From assembly GCF_009914755.1 (NCBI RefSeq), contig NC_060928.1: a stretch of DNA of 64,000 nt. The stretch is one strand, 5' to 3'. A program made the position numbers and the translations under genes. Of the stretch, positions 24,992 to 38,414 are shown one piece after another (within the stretch, counting starts at the first letter, position 1; every line of letters starts with the position of its first letter). This DNA comes from the human T2T-CHM13v2.0 reference genome, Homo sapiens. The notes under the pieces are model-generated. The model did not search any database, was not told where the DNA came from, and saw only the letters and a program-made list of their open reading frames with translations.

Positions 24992-27488
24992 ATGCTGAAC
25001 CAACATTGCATCCCAGGGAAGCCTACTTCATCATGATGGATTTTAGCTTTTCGATAGGCTGCTGGATTTGGTATGCTAATTTTTTTTGGTTTTCACATTG
25101 ATGTTCATCAAGGATATTGGCCTGAAGTTTTTCTTTTTTTGTTGTTGTGTCTCTGCCAGGTTTTGGTATCAGGATTACACTGGCTTCACAGAAAGAGTTG
25201 GGGAGGAGTCCCTCCTCCTCAGTTTTCTGGAATAGTTTATGTAGAAATGGTATAAGATCTTCTTTGTACATCTGGTAGAATCTGGCTGTGAATTCATCAG
25301 GTCCTGGGCTTTTTTATTGGTTGGTAGTCTATTTATTACTTATTCAATTTCAGAACTCATTATTGGTCTATTCAGGAAATCAATTTCTTCCTGGTTGAGT
25401 CTTGGGAGGGTGTATATATCCTATAATTTATCCACATATTCTAGGTTTTCTAGTCTGTGTGCATAGAGGTGTTCACAGTAGTTTCTGATGGCTAATTTTA
25501 TTTCTGTGGGGTCAGTGGTAACATTCTCTTTACCATTTCTAATTGTGTTTATGTGGATCTTCTCTCTTTTCTTCATTATTCTAGCTAGTGGCCTATCCTA
25601 TTATTTCTTTCAAAAAACCAACTCCTGGATACATTGAACTTTTGAATATTTTTTCTGCCTCTCGATTTCCTTCAGTTCAGCTCCAATTATTATTTCTTAT
25701 CTTCTGCTAGCTTTGAGGTTGATTTGTTCTTGCTTCTCTAATTCTTTCAGTTGTGAAGTTAATATTGTTAATCTGAGGACTATCTAACTTTTTGATGTGG
25801 GCATTAGTCCTATAAATTTCCCTCTTAACACTGACTTAGCTGTGTCCCAGAGATTCTGGTATGTTGCATCTTTGTTCTCATTAGTTTCAAAAAGCCTCTT
25901 GATTTCTGCCTTGATTTCAATATTTATCTAAAAATCACTCAGGGGCATGTTGTTTAATGTCCACATAATTGCATGGTTTTAAGCAATCTTCTTAGTCCTG
26001 ACTTCTATTTGTTAATTGAATGTGGTCCAAAAGTGTGTTTGGTATGATTGTGGTTCTTTCGCATTTGCTGAGGATTGTTTTATGTCCAATTATGTGGTCG
26101 GTTTTAGAGTAAGTGGCATGTGGCAATGAGAAGAATGTGTATTCTGTTGGTTTTTGGTGGAGAGCTTTGTAAAGGTCTATCAGATCCATTTGGTCCAATG
26201 TTGAGTTCAGGTCCTGAATATCTTTGTTAATTTTCTGCCTTGATGATCTATCTAATACTGTCAGTCGAGTGTTACAGTCTCCCATTATTACTATGTGGGA
26301 GTCTATGTCTCTTTGTAGGTCTCTAACAACTTGTTTTATGAATCTGGGTGCTCCTGTGTTGGGTGCATACATATTTAGGATAGTTAGGTCTTCTTGTTGA
26401 ATTGAACCCTTTACTATTATGTAATGCCTTTCTTTGTCTTTTTTGATCTTTGTTGGTTTGAAATTGTTTTATCTGAAGTTAGGATTGCAACCCCTGATTT
26501 TTTCTGTTTTCTGTTTGCTTGGTAGATTTTCCTTCATCCCTTTATTTTGAGCCTATGAGTGTCACTACATGTGAGATCATCGGTGTCATGATAACAGCAT
26601 ACCACTGAGTCTTTCTTTTTTATCCAGCTTGTCACTCTGTGTCTTTTAAGTGGTGCATTTAGTTCATTTACATTCAAGGTTAGTATTGATATGTGTGGGT
26701 TTGATCTTATCATTGTGTTGTTAGCTAGTTATTATGTTGGCTTATTTGGGTGGTTGCTTTATAGTGACACTGGTTTGTGTGTTTAAGTGTCTTTTTGTAA
26801 GAGCTCATGTGAACTTTCCTTTCTATATTTAGTAATCCTTTCAAGTTCTCTTGTAAGACAGGTCTGGTGGGTAACAAACTCCCTCAACATTCACTTTTCT
26901 AAAAAGGATCTTATTTCTCCTTTGCTTAGCAAGCTTAATTTTGCTGAATATGAAATTCCTAGTTGAAGATTTTTTTTTCTTTAATAATGTTGAATATAGG
27001 CCCCCAAACTCTTCTGGCTTGTAGGATTTCAGCTGAGAGGTCTGCTGTTAGCCTGATGGTGTTTTCTTTGTAGGTGACCTGCCATTTCTCTCTTTAGCTG
27101 CCTTTAAATTATTTCTTTAATTTTGGCCGTGGAAAATCTGATGATTATGTGTCTTGGGGATGATCTTCTTGCATAGAGTCTTGAGGGAGTTCTCTGTATT
27201 TCCTGAATTTGACTGTTGGCCTCTCTAGCAAGGTTGGGGAAGTTTTCATGAACCATATACTGAAATATGTTTTCCAGGTTGTTTGCTTTCTCCTCCTCCC
27301 TTTCAGAGATGCCAGTGATTTGTAGATTTGGCCTCTTTACATAATCCCATACTTGGAGGTTTTATTCATACCTTTTTATTCTTATTTATTTTTGTCTCAC
27401 TGTTTTACTTCAGACATCCAGTCTTTAAGTTCTGAGATTCTTTCCTCAGCTTGGTTTATTTTACTGTTACTACTCGTAAGTACATTGT
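24992..27488 (-). mobile_element. Inverted 5' segment of L1PA15/16-like element (ORF1 to ORF2 endonuclease and linker)
   Basis: EN-domain peptide YAPNTGAPRFIK...GDCNT...TYSKTDH on minus strand (ORF 25992-26372). Confidence 0.9.
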
Positions 27489-29800
27489 AAAATCAATAAA
27501 TGTGATTAATCACATAAAAAAACTAAGGACAAAAACCACATGATTACCTCAATAGGCACAGAAAAGGCTTTTGATAAAATTCAATAACCCTTCCTGTTCA
27601 AAACTCTCAACAAACTAGATATTGAAAAAAAAACATAACTCAAAATAAGGAGGCATCTATGACAAGCCCACAGCCAACATTATACTGAATGAGCAAAAGT
27701 TGGAAACATTCCTTTTGAAAGCCAGCACAAGACAAGGATGCCCTCTCTCTCACCACTGCTTTTCAACATAGTACTGGAAATCCTAGCCAGAGCAATTAGG
27801 GAAAAGAAAGAAAGTGCATCCAAATACGAAGAGAGGAAGTCAAACTATCTCCGTTTGCAGATGACATGATTCAGTATCTAGAAAACCTCATAGTCTCAGC
27901 CCAAAAGCTCTGCCAGCTGATAAACAACATCACCAAGCTTCAGGATACAAAATCAACCTACAAAAATCACTAGCACTAGCATTCCAGTACACCACCAACA
28001 ACCAAGCCAACAACCAAATAAGGAACTCAATACCACTCACAACTGCCACAAAAAGAATAAAATATCTAGAAATACAGCTAACCAAGAAAGTGAAAGATCT
28101 CTACAATGAGAATTCCAAAGCACTTGTAATTGAATCATAGAAGACACAGACAAACGGAAAAACACTCTATGCTCATGGAGAGGAAGAATCATATCATTAA
28201 AATGACCATACTGCCCAAAGAAATTTACAGATTTAATGCTATTCCTATCAAACTATCAATGACATTCTTCACAGAACTAGAAAAAAAAAAACTATTTTAA
28301 AATTCCTATGGAACCAAAAAAAGAGCCTAAATAGCCAAGGCAATCCTAAGCAAAAAGAACAAAGCTGGAGACATTATGTTGCTAGACTTCCAACTATATG
28401 ACAAGGCTATAGTAACCAAAAAAGCATGGTAATGGTACAAAAACAGACACATAGACCAATGGAAAAGAATAAAGAGCCCAGATATAAGGTTGTGCACCAA
28501 TAACCATATGATCTTTGACAAACCTGACAAAAACAAGCAACAGGGAAATGCTCTCTATTCAGTAAATGGTACTGGGGTAACTGGCTAGCCATCTGCAGAA
28601 GATTGAAGCTGCACCCCTTTCTTACACCATATACAAAAATCAACTAAATATGGATTAAATTAAACGTAAAACCCAAAACTATAAAAACCTTGGAAGATAA
28701 CCTAGACAATATCATCCTGCACATAGGAACTTGCAATGATTTCATTACAAAGACACCAAAAGCTATTGCCACAAAAGCAAAAATTCACAAGTGGGATCTA
28801 ATTAAATTTAAAACCTTCTGCACAGCAAAGCAAACTATCAACAGAGTAAACAGCCTACAGAATGGGAGAAAATATTTGCAAACTATGCATCTGACAAAGG
28901 TCTAATACCCAGCATCTATAAGGAGTTTAAACATATTTACAAGAAAAAAAAAAAACATTGAAAAGTGGGCAAAAGACATGAACAGACACTTTTCAAAAGA
29001 AGACATACATGTGGCCAAACAACCATATGAAAAAAAGCTCCATGTAACTTATCATTAGAAAAATGCCAATCAAAAACAATGAGATACTTCCTTCCACCAG
29101 TCAAAATGGCTATTAAAAAAAATACCAGATACTGGCAAAGTTGAGGAGAAAAGGGAACACTTATACACTGTTGGTGGGAGTGTAAATTATTCCAACTATT
29201 GTAGAAAGCAGTATGGTGATTCCTCAGAGAGCTAAAAGAAGAACTACCATTCAACCCAGCAATCCTATTATTGGGTATATACCTAGAGGACTATAAAACA
29301 GTCTACCATAAAGACACATGCATGTGAAAGTTCATTACAGCACTATTCACAATAGCAAAGTCATGGAATCAATCTAAATGGCCATCAGTGTCAGACTGAA
29401 TAAAGAAACTGTGGTATATATACACCATGGAATACTATGCAGCCATAAAAATTAATGAGATCATGTCTTTTGTGGGAACAAGGATGGAGCTGGAGGCTAT
29501 TATCCTCATAAAATTAATGCAGGAACAGAAAACCAAATACTACATGTTATCACTTATAAACTGGATCCAAATAATAATAATTTATGAATACAATGAAGGA
29601 AACAACAGACACTGGTGCCTACTTGAGGGTGGAGGGTGGGAGGAAGAAAAGGAGCAGAAAACGTAACTATTGAGTACTAGGCTTAATTCCTGGGTGATGA
29701 AGTAATCTGTACAGCAAACCCATTACACGTGTTTACCTGTGTAATAAACCTTCACATGTACCCCTGAACCTAAAATAAAAGTTATAAATAAATAGATAAA
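27489..29800 (+). mobile_element. Non-inverted 3' segment of the same L1PA15/16-like element (RT, C-terminus, 3' UTR, A-rich tail)
   Basis: CAAGACAAGGATGCCC (RQGCP), TTTGCAGATGACATG (FADDM), 3' UTR ending CCCCTGAACCTAAAATAAAAG. Confidence 0.9.
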
Positions 29801-30130
29801 TACAACTGGCTCTTGAATTCTTTCCCAAGCAAAGCCAAGAACTATCCCAAGCTAAACTACAATTTGGGGGCTTACCTGTCCTTCATCATCATTGCTTCTT
29901 AATTCTATCTCAGGAAGGCAATTCCTCACAAATTATGTCAATAGAGCAGTTCTATTGCATAGCATTAAGGAAATGATCTCAGAGGTCAGAATGTCAGAAT
30001 CTGAGTGCATGTCTTTGCCCCTTCCTAGGTGTGTGACGTGGACAAATTACTGATTCATTTTGTGCCTAACTTCCTTCATCCACAAAATGGGGATAATTAT
30101 GCTAACTTCTTCATAGGGTTTTGGTGTTAA

Positions 30131-30905
30131 TTTTTTTTTATTATACTTTAAGTTCTGGGGTACATGTGCAGAACATGCAGTTTTGCTACATAGGTATACA
30201 TGCGCCATGGTGGTTAGCTGCACTCATCAACCTGTCACCTACATTAGGTATTTCTCCTAATGGTATCCCTCCCCTAGCCCCCCACCCCCCAACAGGCCCC
30301 AGTGTGTGATGTTTCCCTCCCTGTGTCCATGTGTTCTCATTGTTCAACTCCCACTTATGAGTGAGAACATGCAGTGTTTGGTTTTCTGTTCTTGAGATAG
30401 TTTCCTGAGAATGATGGTTTCCAGCTTCATCCATGTCCCTGCAAAGGACATGAACTCATCCTTTTTTACAGCTGCATAGTATTCTATGGTGTATATGTGC
30501 CCATATTTTCTTTATCCAGTCTATCATTGCTGAACATTTGGGTTGGTTCCAAGTCTTTGCTATTGTGAATAGTGCCGCAATAAACATACGTATGCATGTG
30601 TCTTTATAGTAGAATGATTTATAATCCTGTGGGTATATACCCAGTAATGGGATTGCTGAGTCAAATGGTATTTCTAGTTCTAGGTCCTTGAGGAATCGCC
30701 ACACTGTCTTCCACAATGGTTGAACTAATTTACACTCCCACCAACACTGTAAAAGCTATTTCTCCACATCCTCTCCAGCATCTGTTGTTTCCTGACTTTT
30801 TAATGATCACCATTCTAACTGGCATGAGATGGTATCTCATTGTGGTTTTGATTTGCATTTGTCTAACGACCAGTGAAGATGAGCATTTTTTCATATATCT
30901 GTTGG
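30131..30905 (-). mobile_element. L1PA7/8-like 3' end inserted in a MIR
   Basis: poly(T) then TATTATACTTTAAGTTCTGGGGTACATGTGCAGAAC; MIR halves at about 29960-30130 and 30910-30970. Confidence 0.9.
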
Positions 30906-30975
30906 ATGCATTAATTTAATTAATACATAAATCACCTAGAATATGGTAGGAGCTTAATAAATTTTGCTATTACTA

Positions 30976-31226
30976 TTTTTTTTAATTATTATACTTTAAG
31001 ATCTAGGGTATATGTGCACAACGTGCAGGTTTGTTACATATGTATACATGTGCCATGTTGGTGTGCTGCACCTGTTAACTCAACATTTACATTAGGTATA
31101 TCTCCTAATGCTATCCCTCCCCCTTCCCCTCACCCCATGACAGGACCCGGTGTGTGATGTTCCCCACCCTGTGTCCAAGTGTTTTCATTGTTCAATTCCC
31201 ACCTATGAGTGAGAACATGCAGTGTT
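30976..31226 (-). mobile_element. L1PA (4/5-like) 3' end
   Basis: TTATTATACTTTAAG...CATTAGGTATATCTCCTAATGCTATCCC...GTGAGAACATGC. Confidence 0.9.
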
Positions 31227-33139
31227 TTTTAAGTAGAGGTATTATTTTCTTTGTTATTTAAGCCACAGTGCCATTCTACTAGTTAAATTATCAGGAGACT
31301 GAAATTGATGTCCAATGGGTAAATGGGATTAAAAGATCATGGACCCTATGCAGAAAAATCTATTGGCTTGCAGATTATAATTCTCTTTGTATCTTGAGTT
31401 TGGGAACTTGGCATATCCATACATTTCGTTGTCTTTTTTTTAAAAAAAGAAAGCATGGGCATTCAGCTCAGATTTCCTTGAAGACCAAAATACATGCATA
31501 ATTTAAAACATAAGACCAAAATCAAAAATGTATGTTTTATTTAAGTACGAGCAACATGGTTGGGAAGAAGAAAAAATTTAGAATTTGCTTAAATTCATGT
31601 TATTTTTAAGAACCACAAAATATGCTTCAGGCAAAGCTGAAGTGTTTTTAGTCGCAGTGAAGATACAAGAGGTTCCCAAAGGAATGAAGTGGTGAGTAGA
31701 ATTTCACCTCTGAAATCTTCACTGGGAATATGCTTTTTCAATTGCTACATCTAATGTGCAAAACAAAAAACAAACAACAAGCTGAAACTTATCTGCTCTT
31801 CATTTTCTATTCCATTTCTGTAACTACCAAAGAACATATGGACCAACATATCAATTCTCTTGTGTGGTTTTTTTTGTTCCAAGAGCAGAGTATATTCTCA
31901 GTTACATTAATCATATTTCGAAATCAAGTTTATGTTTTGATACATAGGTTTTATATAGTCCCTGATGCATTTTGAAAGCACACAATATTTATCTATGTAG
32001 ACTAGATAAACTACTTTAAAATGTCAGGAAAAAAAAATGTATACTTGGCCAAATTCCTGCAAACTGGGTAGATGTTTTCTGGAAATTTTTCTCAACATTG
32101 ATATTTTTGTAAGACTGACACATGCAAATCTACCCTTATTGTTTCCCTTTTGTTGTTTTTGTTTGTACATAGACGTATAATCATAGTTGTATTTAACCAA
32201 TCTGCTTTCTACCTGAGAGGTCTGCTGTTACTAGGCTGGTCTCTGAGGTAATTCTCTGAAAATTACAGGCTCATTCCTGCCACCTAGTACTGCTTATTAA
32301 AAATGCTTCACACCTCCCCCTTTGTTTCCAGGACTGTGGCTGGGTAATAAGGCTGCATAACTTATCTAGAACAAACATCTGCCTGTTGGTAACTGCTACC
32401 CTACATATAAAGATACCTTCTGCACAAGTATGTGTTTCTAACCTTTCACTACCAGTTCTTTGTAATTTTTCTGTTTTGCTTTTTAAATAGGAATTTTGTA
32501 GATTTTTTGGAAATGTTATGGAACAATAATTACTAAACAAGGAAATTAAAGGCATTTTAAACTCAATGGCAGGTAAAACATTGGATTTTAACATGTTTCT
32601 TTCAAATAGAAAAAGTATTGTGCACTAATTTTGCCCAGTAGCTTCTGGAGCCAGTTTTAACCCTTTGCATTTTTTCTTCATACTGTATTCTCAGTTGTCC
32701 CTGAAAAGAGCTCAAAATTGTTCCATCTTTTCAATCCTTAACATCATAGCTCAATTCTGAACAATTTCAGCTAATTTTTACTGCCTAATGACAGTTTTTG
32801 CCACATCCAATGCACACTATAAACATCCTCTAGATTAAATTTCCTAAAATACCACTTTCATCATGTCACAATCTTGTGCAAGTTCATACCGTGGTTCTAG
32901 TGATTATGGGAAAAGGCCCATACTCCCTACACTGACAGGTTTCCAAGGCTTGGGAAACAGCATCCCATTTTAGTTATCAATCTAACGTCCTATGACTTCC
33001 CAACTAAATTCTGCTTCCATCAGGACACATTCCTTTTCATCCCCCGTAGCCCATGTCACTCTGCTTGGTGACTTTCCTAATGTTCTCTTCTACTTTTTCC
33101 ATCTCTTCACCTGTCCACATTCTACCTGTCTTCCAAGGC

Positions 33140-33200
33140 CAACTGAAGTGTTATAAATTCTATTAATTCTGAACAACTGAAGTGTTATAAATTCTATTAA
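33140..33200. repeat. 27-bp perfect direct repeat with 7-bp spacer, within an L2-like region
   Basis: CAACTGAAGTGTTATAAATTCTATTAA at 33140-33166 and 33174-33200. Confidence 0.9.
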
Positions 33201-33710
33201 AATTTCAACTACTATAGCCCACCGGTCTTACTTTTCTCTGAGTTTATACTACATAGAGTAATTCAGTGAAGTTTATATGCTGCTCTGCATTGTTTCTCCT
33301 ATGGAACTACTGTTAGTCCAAATAGATTATAAAACAATTGAAGACATGAATATTCATTATGCAATTTTTTTCATATTAACCACAGTGCTTTTTCAGTGCT
33401 GGAAACACACTACATCTTATGGATGCAAAGTAAACTCAACATGATATGCTTTAAAAAGAACAAAAGGTTTTAAAAATACAACTGTACTAGCTGTACAATT
33501 ACCAGGGATAGATTATTGACTGCCTAAGAGACATGCATGGGGCAAATCTATGTGCTCTGAAAAAGTTAGAGGTAACATTTTTATAAATAAAACTGTAGGT
33601 TAAATATACCAGATGGTGATATTTAAATAATATTTCATTGTATCTCTTTATAAAGGGAAGAATGATCCTCTGATTTTCAGTTTCAAACACAGAGTCCGTC
33701 CTATTGTCTT

Positions 33711-34009
33711 TTTTTTTTTTTTTTTTTGAGAAGGAGTCTCGCTATGTCGCCCAGGCTGGAGTGCAGTGGCGCATCTCCGCTCACTGCAAGCTCCACCTTC
33801 TGGGTTCACGCCATTCTCCTGCCTCAGCCTCCCACATAGCAGGGACTACAGGAGCCCACGACCACGCTTGGCTAATTTTTTGTATTTTTTTAGTAGAGAC
33901 AGGGTTTCACCGTGTTAGCCAGGATAGTCTCGATCTCCTGACCTCGTGATCCGCCAACCTCGGCCTCCCAGAGTGTTAGGATTACAGGCATGAGCCACCG
34001 CGCCCGGCC
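33711..34009 (-). mobile_element. AluY
   Basis: AluY diagnostics; TSD CGTCCTATTGTCTT (33697-33710 and 34010-34023). Confidence 0.95.
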
Positions 34010-34839
34010 CGTCCTATTGTCTTAAGAAAGCTTTTCATTTTCTAAAACAAGAATAGAAAAAAAGGAGAAATCTCAGCTGTGTTAAGATGAGAGAATTAAA
34101 AGATAAGTCCAACTGTCAATATTCTCCTTTGTCATTACATTACAAATCTTTGTGAGACTTTGTCAAGTATGAGTTTCGCTAAAGGCTAAAGCTACTTGAT
34201 ATTTTTCTGGCAACAGCTACTTTTGTATATAAAAATTTACCAAACTTTACATAAACAAATCTGTGATGAGTCTGGAAAGAAATCATATTATCACTTTGAG
34301 TTCACAATGTTAAGTTTTTGAACTAAAACCATTAGCAGTAAGAATCGAACGACTCTCAAAACCCAGTTTCAGTTCTAGTATGACAGATGGCAAAATGATC
34401 TAAAATTCCTAAACACAAAATAGACATGAATTAAAGTGCACATTACTCTGAACTTGGTGTATCAGGGAGTGGTAAGTAGAGGACAAGAGGTGGGAGATGA
34501 GTATATGGAATAAGTAATAAGTATTACCATATTACACATGAGGAAACATAGTGCTAGCTTGTTATGTGACTGAGCTGAGGTTTCATAGCCAAATTCAAGG
34601 ACATCTGCGTCCAAAACCAAGGCTTTCTTATTTACTATGACATGTCTCTGGATAAAACATCTTTCACTCTCCTTAAAATGCCTAACATATTTGTCTTTCA
34701 CTGCTGGTTAATCTTTTCTTCTTTGGTATAGGAGGACATTGTGACCGCAAACTTTTCTACTCACATCTAGTTGTCTTTACACAGATATAGATCCTGGTAT
34801 AGTTATTACATGTATCTTAGGAATTAAGCTGTTCTACTA

Positions 34840-35850
34840 ACAAAGAAACCCAATTTAAAAATGGGCAAAGAACATGAATAGACATTTTTCCAAAGAAGAC
34901 ACAAAAAGGCCAACAGGTGTTTGAAAAGCATCAACATCAATAATAATCAAGGAAGTACAAATCAAAACCACTGTGATATACCACCCCATACCTGTTAGAA
35001 TAGGTATACCAAATACCAAATGTCAAAAAATAATAAATATGAGTGAGGGTATGGAGAAAAGGGAGCCCTGGTACACTGTTTGTGGGAATGTAAATTGATA
35101 CAGACATTACAGAAAACTGTTTGAAGGTTCCTAAAAAACAAAAACCATAACAACCACATAACCCTGCAATATCTCTGCTGGGTATATACCTAAAGGAAAT
35201 GAAGTTAGCACCCTTTAGAGATATCTGTACTCTCATGTTCACTGCAGCAGTTCACAATAGCCAAGATATGGAAACAACTTACATGTCCACCAATGGATGA
35301 ATGAATAAAGAAATTGTAGTGCATACACACACACACACACACACACAAAGAATATTACTCACCCTTAAAAAAAAAGGTAATAACTGCCATTTTCTATGAC
35401 ATGAACGTTCCTGGAGGACGTTATGCTAAGTAAAATAAGCCAGACACAGAAAGAAAGACTGTGTGATTTCACTTATATGCGGAAGTTTTTTTAAAAAAAA
35501 ATTGATCGAAGTCATAGAAACAGTAGAACAGTGGTTACCAGGGGTGAGGAGGTAAGGAAAAGGGGAGAAAAAAGTCAAAGGGTATGAACTTTCAGTTATA
35601 TAGGATGACTAAGTCTAGAGATCTAATGTATAGCATAATGACTATAGTTCATAATATTCTAATGTATACTAAAAGTTTTCTAAAAGAGTAGATTTAGGTG
35701 CTCTTACCATAAAAAAAAAGGTGATGGATAGGATAATTTGCATGACTGTAGTAATCATTTTACTACATATACATAAGTTAGCACTATTATATATATATAT
35801 ATATATAGACACATATATACACATTACATTTTAGATCTTAAATACATACA
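34840..35850 (+). mobile_element. L1MA (MA8/9-like) 3' part
   Basis: AAAATGGGCAAAGAACATGAATAGACATTT ... GTCAAAGGGTATGAACTTTCAGTTATA...CTAGAGATCTAATGTATAGC. Confidence 0.85.
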
Positions 35851-35859
35851 ATAACATGT

Positions 35860-36270
35860 TTTAAAGACCCAAAAATTTAGTGCCAAGAGAGAAACAAATT
35901 TATTTCCCACATCATAATCTTAACATAAAGAGTCCAGGGAAAATATGTTGGCTGTAAAGTGTCAGGAACCACTCAGTTTCCTATTATCTTAACGCTCCGT
36001 CTTCCTCAATATTTGGTTTCTACCTCATGGGCAACTATGATTCCTCTAGCTTTCCTTATCAAATCCACATTCCAGAAACCTGGGAAGCTGGTGAAGTAAA
36101 AGTCTACCCCTTCTCTCTGAGGGCATGACTCAGAGGCTTCCTACATCACTAGTTCTACTTACATTTCATTGGCCAGAACTTAACCACACAGACACGCCTA
36201 ACAAAGAAGGCAAGGACTTACAGTCTTAGCCAATCAGACATGTGCTCAGCTAAGACTCAAGATTATATTA
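35860..36270 (-). mobile_element. Old MLT1 (J/K-like) LTR
   Basis: CTTACATTTCATTGGCCAGAACTTAACCACA motif. Confidence 0.55.
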
Positions 36271-36419
36271 CTAAACCAGTTCATGCTCAAAGATGATTGT
36301 AGGTAAACAACATATAGGTCACTTGACACTTTTCTGACTGACTCTCAACTTACTATTAAGGTGCAAGTATATTTAGTATATCTGGACATAATGAACTAAG
36401 GCCGTGATTTTTTTCTCCT

Positions 36420-36868
36420 TTTCTTGATTTTTTTTGTTTGTTTTTTTGAGACAGGATCTTACTCTTTTGCCCAGACGAAGTACAATGGCATGATCATAGC
36501 TCACTGATGCCTTGACCTTGAACTCCTGGGCTCAAGTGATCTCCTAACTCAGCCTTCCAAGTAGCCTCTAGTCTTCCAAAGACTAACCAGTAAGTCCTAC
36601 TTATAGCCATGTACCACTGTGTCTAATTTTTTTTTCTTTTTGAGACACGGTCTCACACTGTCACTCAGGTTGGAGTGCAGCAGTGTGATCACGGCTCGCT
36701 GCCCTGCTGATTTTTTAAAAAGTTTTTCATAGGGATGGGGTCTCACCATGTTGCCCAGGCTGGTCTTGAACTGCTGGACTCAAGCGTTCCTCCCACCTCA
36801 GCCTCCTAAAGTGCTGAGATTATAGGCCAATGAAATGTAAATTATAGGCTGGAGCCACCACACCGAGA
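36420..36868 (-). mobile_element. Composite AluJ-type elements (nested/adjacent monomers)
   Basis: Two poly-T+GAGAC starts; GATCATAGCTCACTG, CTCCTGGGCTCAAG. Confidence 0.8.
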
Positions 36869-38040
36869 CCTCTCCTTGATCTTTTCTAAATGATGATCCA
36901 TTAGAGTATGTTGCATAATCTTTATCTGTTTTATAATTGCAAGTTTTTCTTTTATTGTACCTCTTCAATACATTTATTGTACCGCTTTGATGAATCCTTG
37001 ATGGATTTATCAAAGAAAACGAAGACCTCAAAAAAAAAAAAAGCCAATTGAGACATATTTTGTTTTTATAGTTCATTTGAAGGAGTGCCGTTCCAATCCT
37101 TCAGGATCCTTGTAATGACAACTCTTTATTGTACCCAGAAAGTGCCACTAATTAACACAAAATAAATGCTGTGGTTTTGGACTGGTGTTCTCTGTATTAA
37201 TGAGAACTCACAGTTTTTTTCCTCTGTAGAGAGATACAATTACATGAGTATATTCTTTCTTTTGCCTGACTGCTTGAGCTAGGACTTCCAATACTGTCTT
37301 GAATAGAAGTGGTGAGAGAGGGCATCCTTGCCTCGTGCCGGTTTTCATGGGAATGCTTCCAACTTTGCCCATTCAGTGTAATGTTTGCTGTGGGTTTGTC
37401 GTAGGTGGCTCTTGCTGTTTTGAGGCAGGTTCCTTCAATATGGTGGCTTAACTTTTTGATGTGCTGCTGGATTCGGTTTACAAGTTATTTTGTTGAGGAT
37501 TTTTGCATCAATGTACATAAAAAATACTGGTCTGAAGTTTCCTTTATTTGTTGTGTCTCTGCCAGGTTTTGATACCAAGATGATGCTGACCTCATAGAAA
37601 GAGCTGAGGAAGAGTCCCTCCTTCTCAGTTTTTTGGAATAGTTTTTGTAGGAATGGTACCAACTCTTCTTTCTATAATACATCCGGTAGAATTCAGCATA
37701 AATCTATCAGGTCCTGGGCTTTTTTTTTTTTTTTTTTTTTTTTCTGGGTAGGCTATTTATTACTTACTCAATTTCAGAGCTCATTATTGGCCTATGCAGG
37801 AAGACAATTTATTCATGGCTCAGTCTTGGGAGGGTGCATGTGTCCAAGAATGTATCCATCTCTTCTAGGTTTTCTAGTTTGTGTACATAAGGTGTTCGTA
37901 GTAGTTTCTGATGGCAATTTTTATTTAAGTGGGGTCAGTGGTAACATTCTCTTCATCATTTCTAGTTGTGTTTATTTGGATCTTCTCTCTTTTGTTCTTT
38001 ATTAGCCTAGCTAATCTATTTTATTCCTTTAAAAAAAAAA

Positions 38041-38300
38041 CTATCGCAAGAACAAAAAACCAAACACCGCATATTCTCACTCATAGGTGGGAATTGAACA
38101 ATGAGATCACATGGACACAGGAAGGGGAATATCACACTCTGGGGACTGTGGTGGGGTTGGGGGAGGGGGGAGGGATAGCATTGGGAGATATACCTAATGC
38201 TAGATGACACATTAGTGGGTGCAGCGCACCAGCATGGCACATGTATACATATGTAACTAACCTGCACAATGTGCACATGTACCCTAAAACTTAGAGTATA

Positions 38301-38333
<33 letters not shown>
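38041..38333 (+). mobile_element. L1HS-Ta, 5'-truncated (about 290 bp)
   Basis: Diagnostic ACA at 38209-38211 and G at 38294; pure A run 38303-38333; TSD AAAAAAAAAACT. Confidence 0.95.
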
Positions 38334-38337
<4 letters not shown>

Positions 38338-38414
38338 TGGATTCATTGATCTTTTGAATGGTTTTTTCATGTCTCAATTTTCTTCAATTCAGCTCTAATT
38401 TTTGTTATTTCTTG

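Noticed and set aside
25992-26372. 126-aa endonuclease-like ORF
   Set aside because: Fragment of a defective L1 ORF2, not a host gene
33140-33200. Repeat-spacer-repeat resembling CRISPR
   Set aside because: Only two copies, 7-bp spacer, eukaryotic context; a simple local duplication
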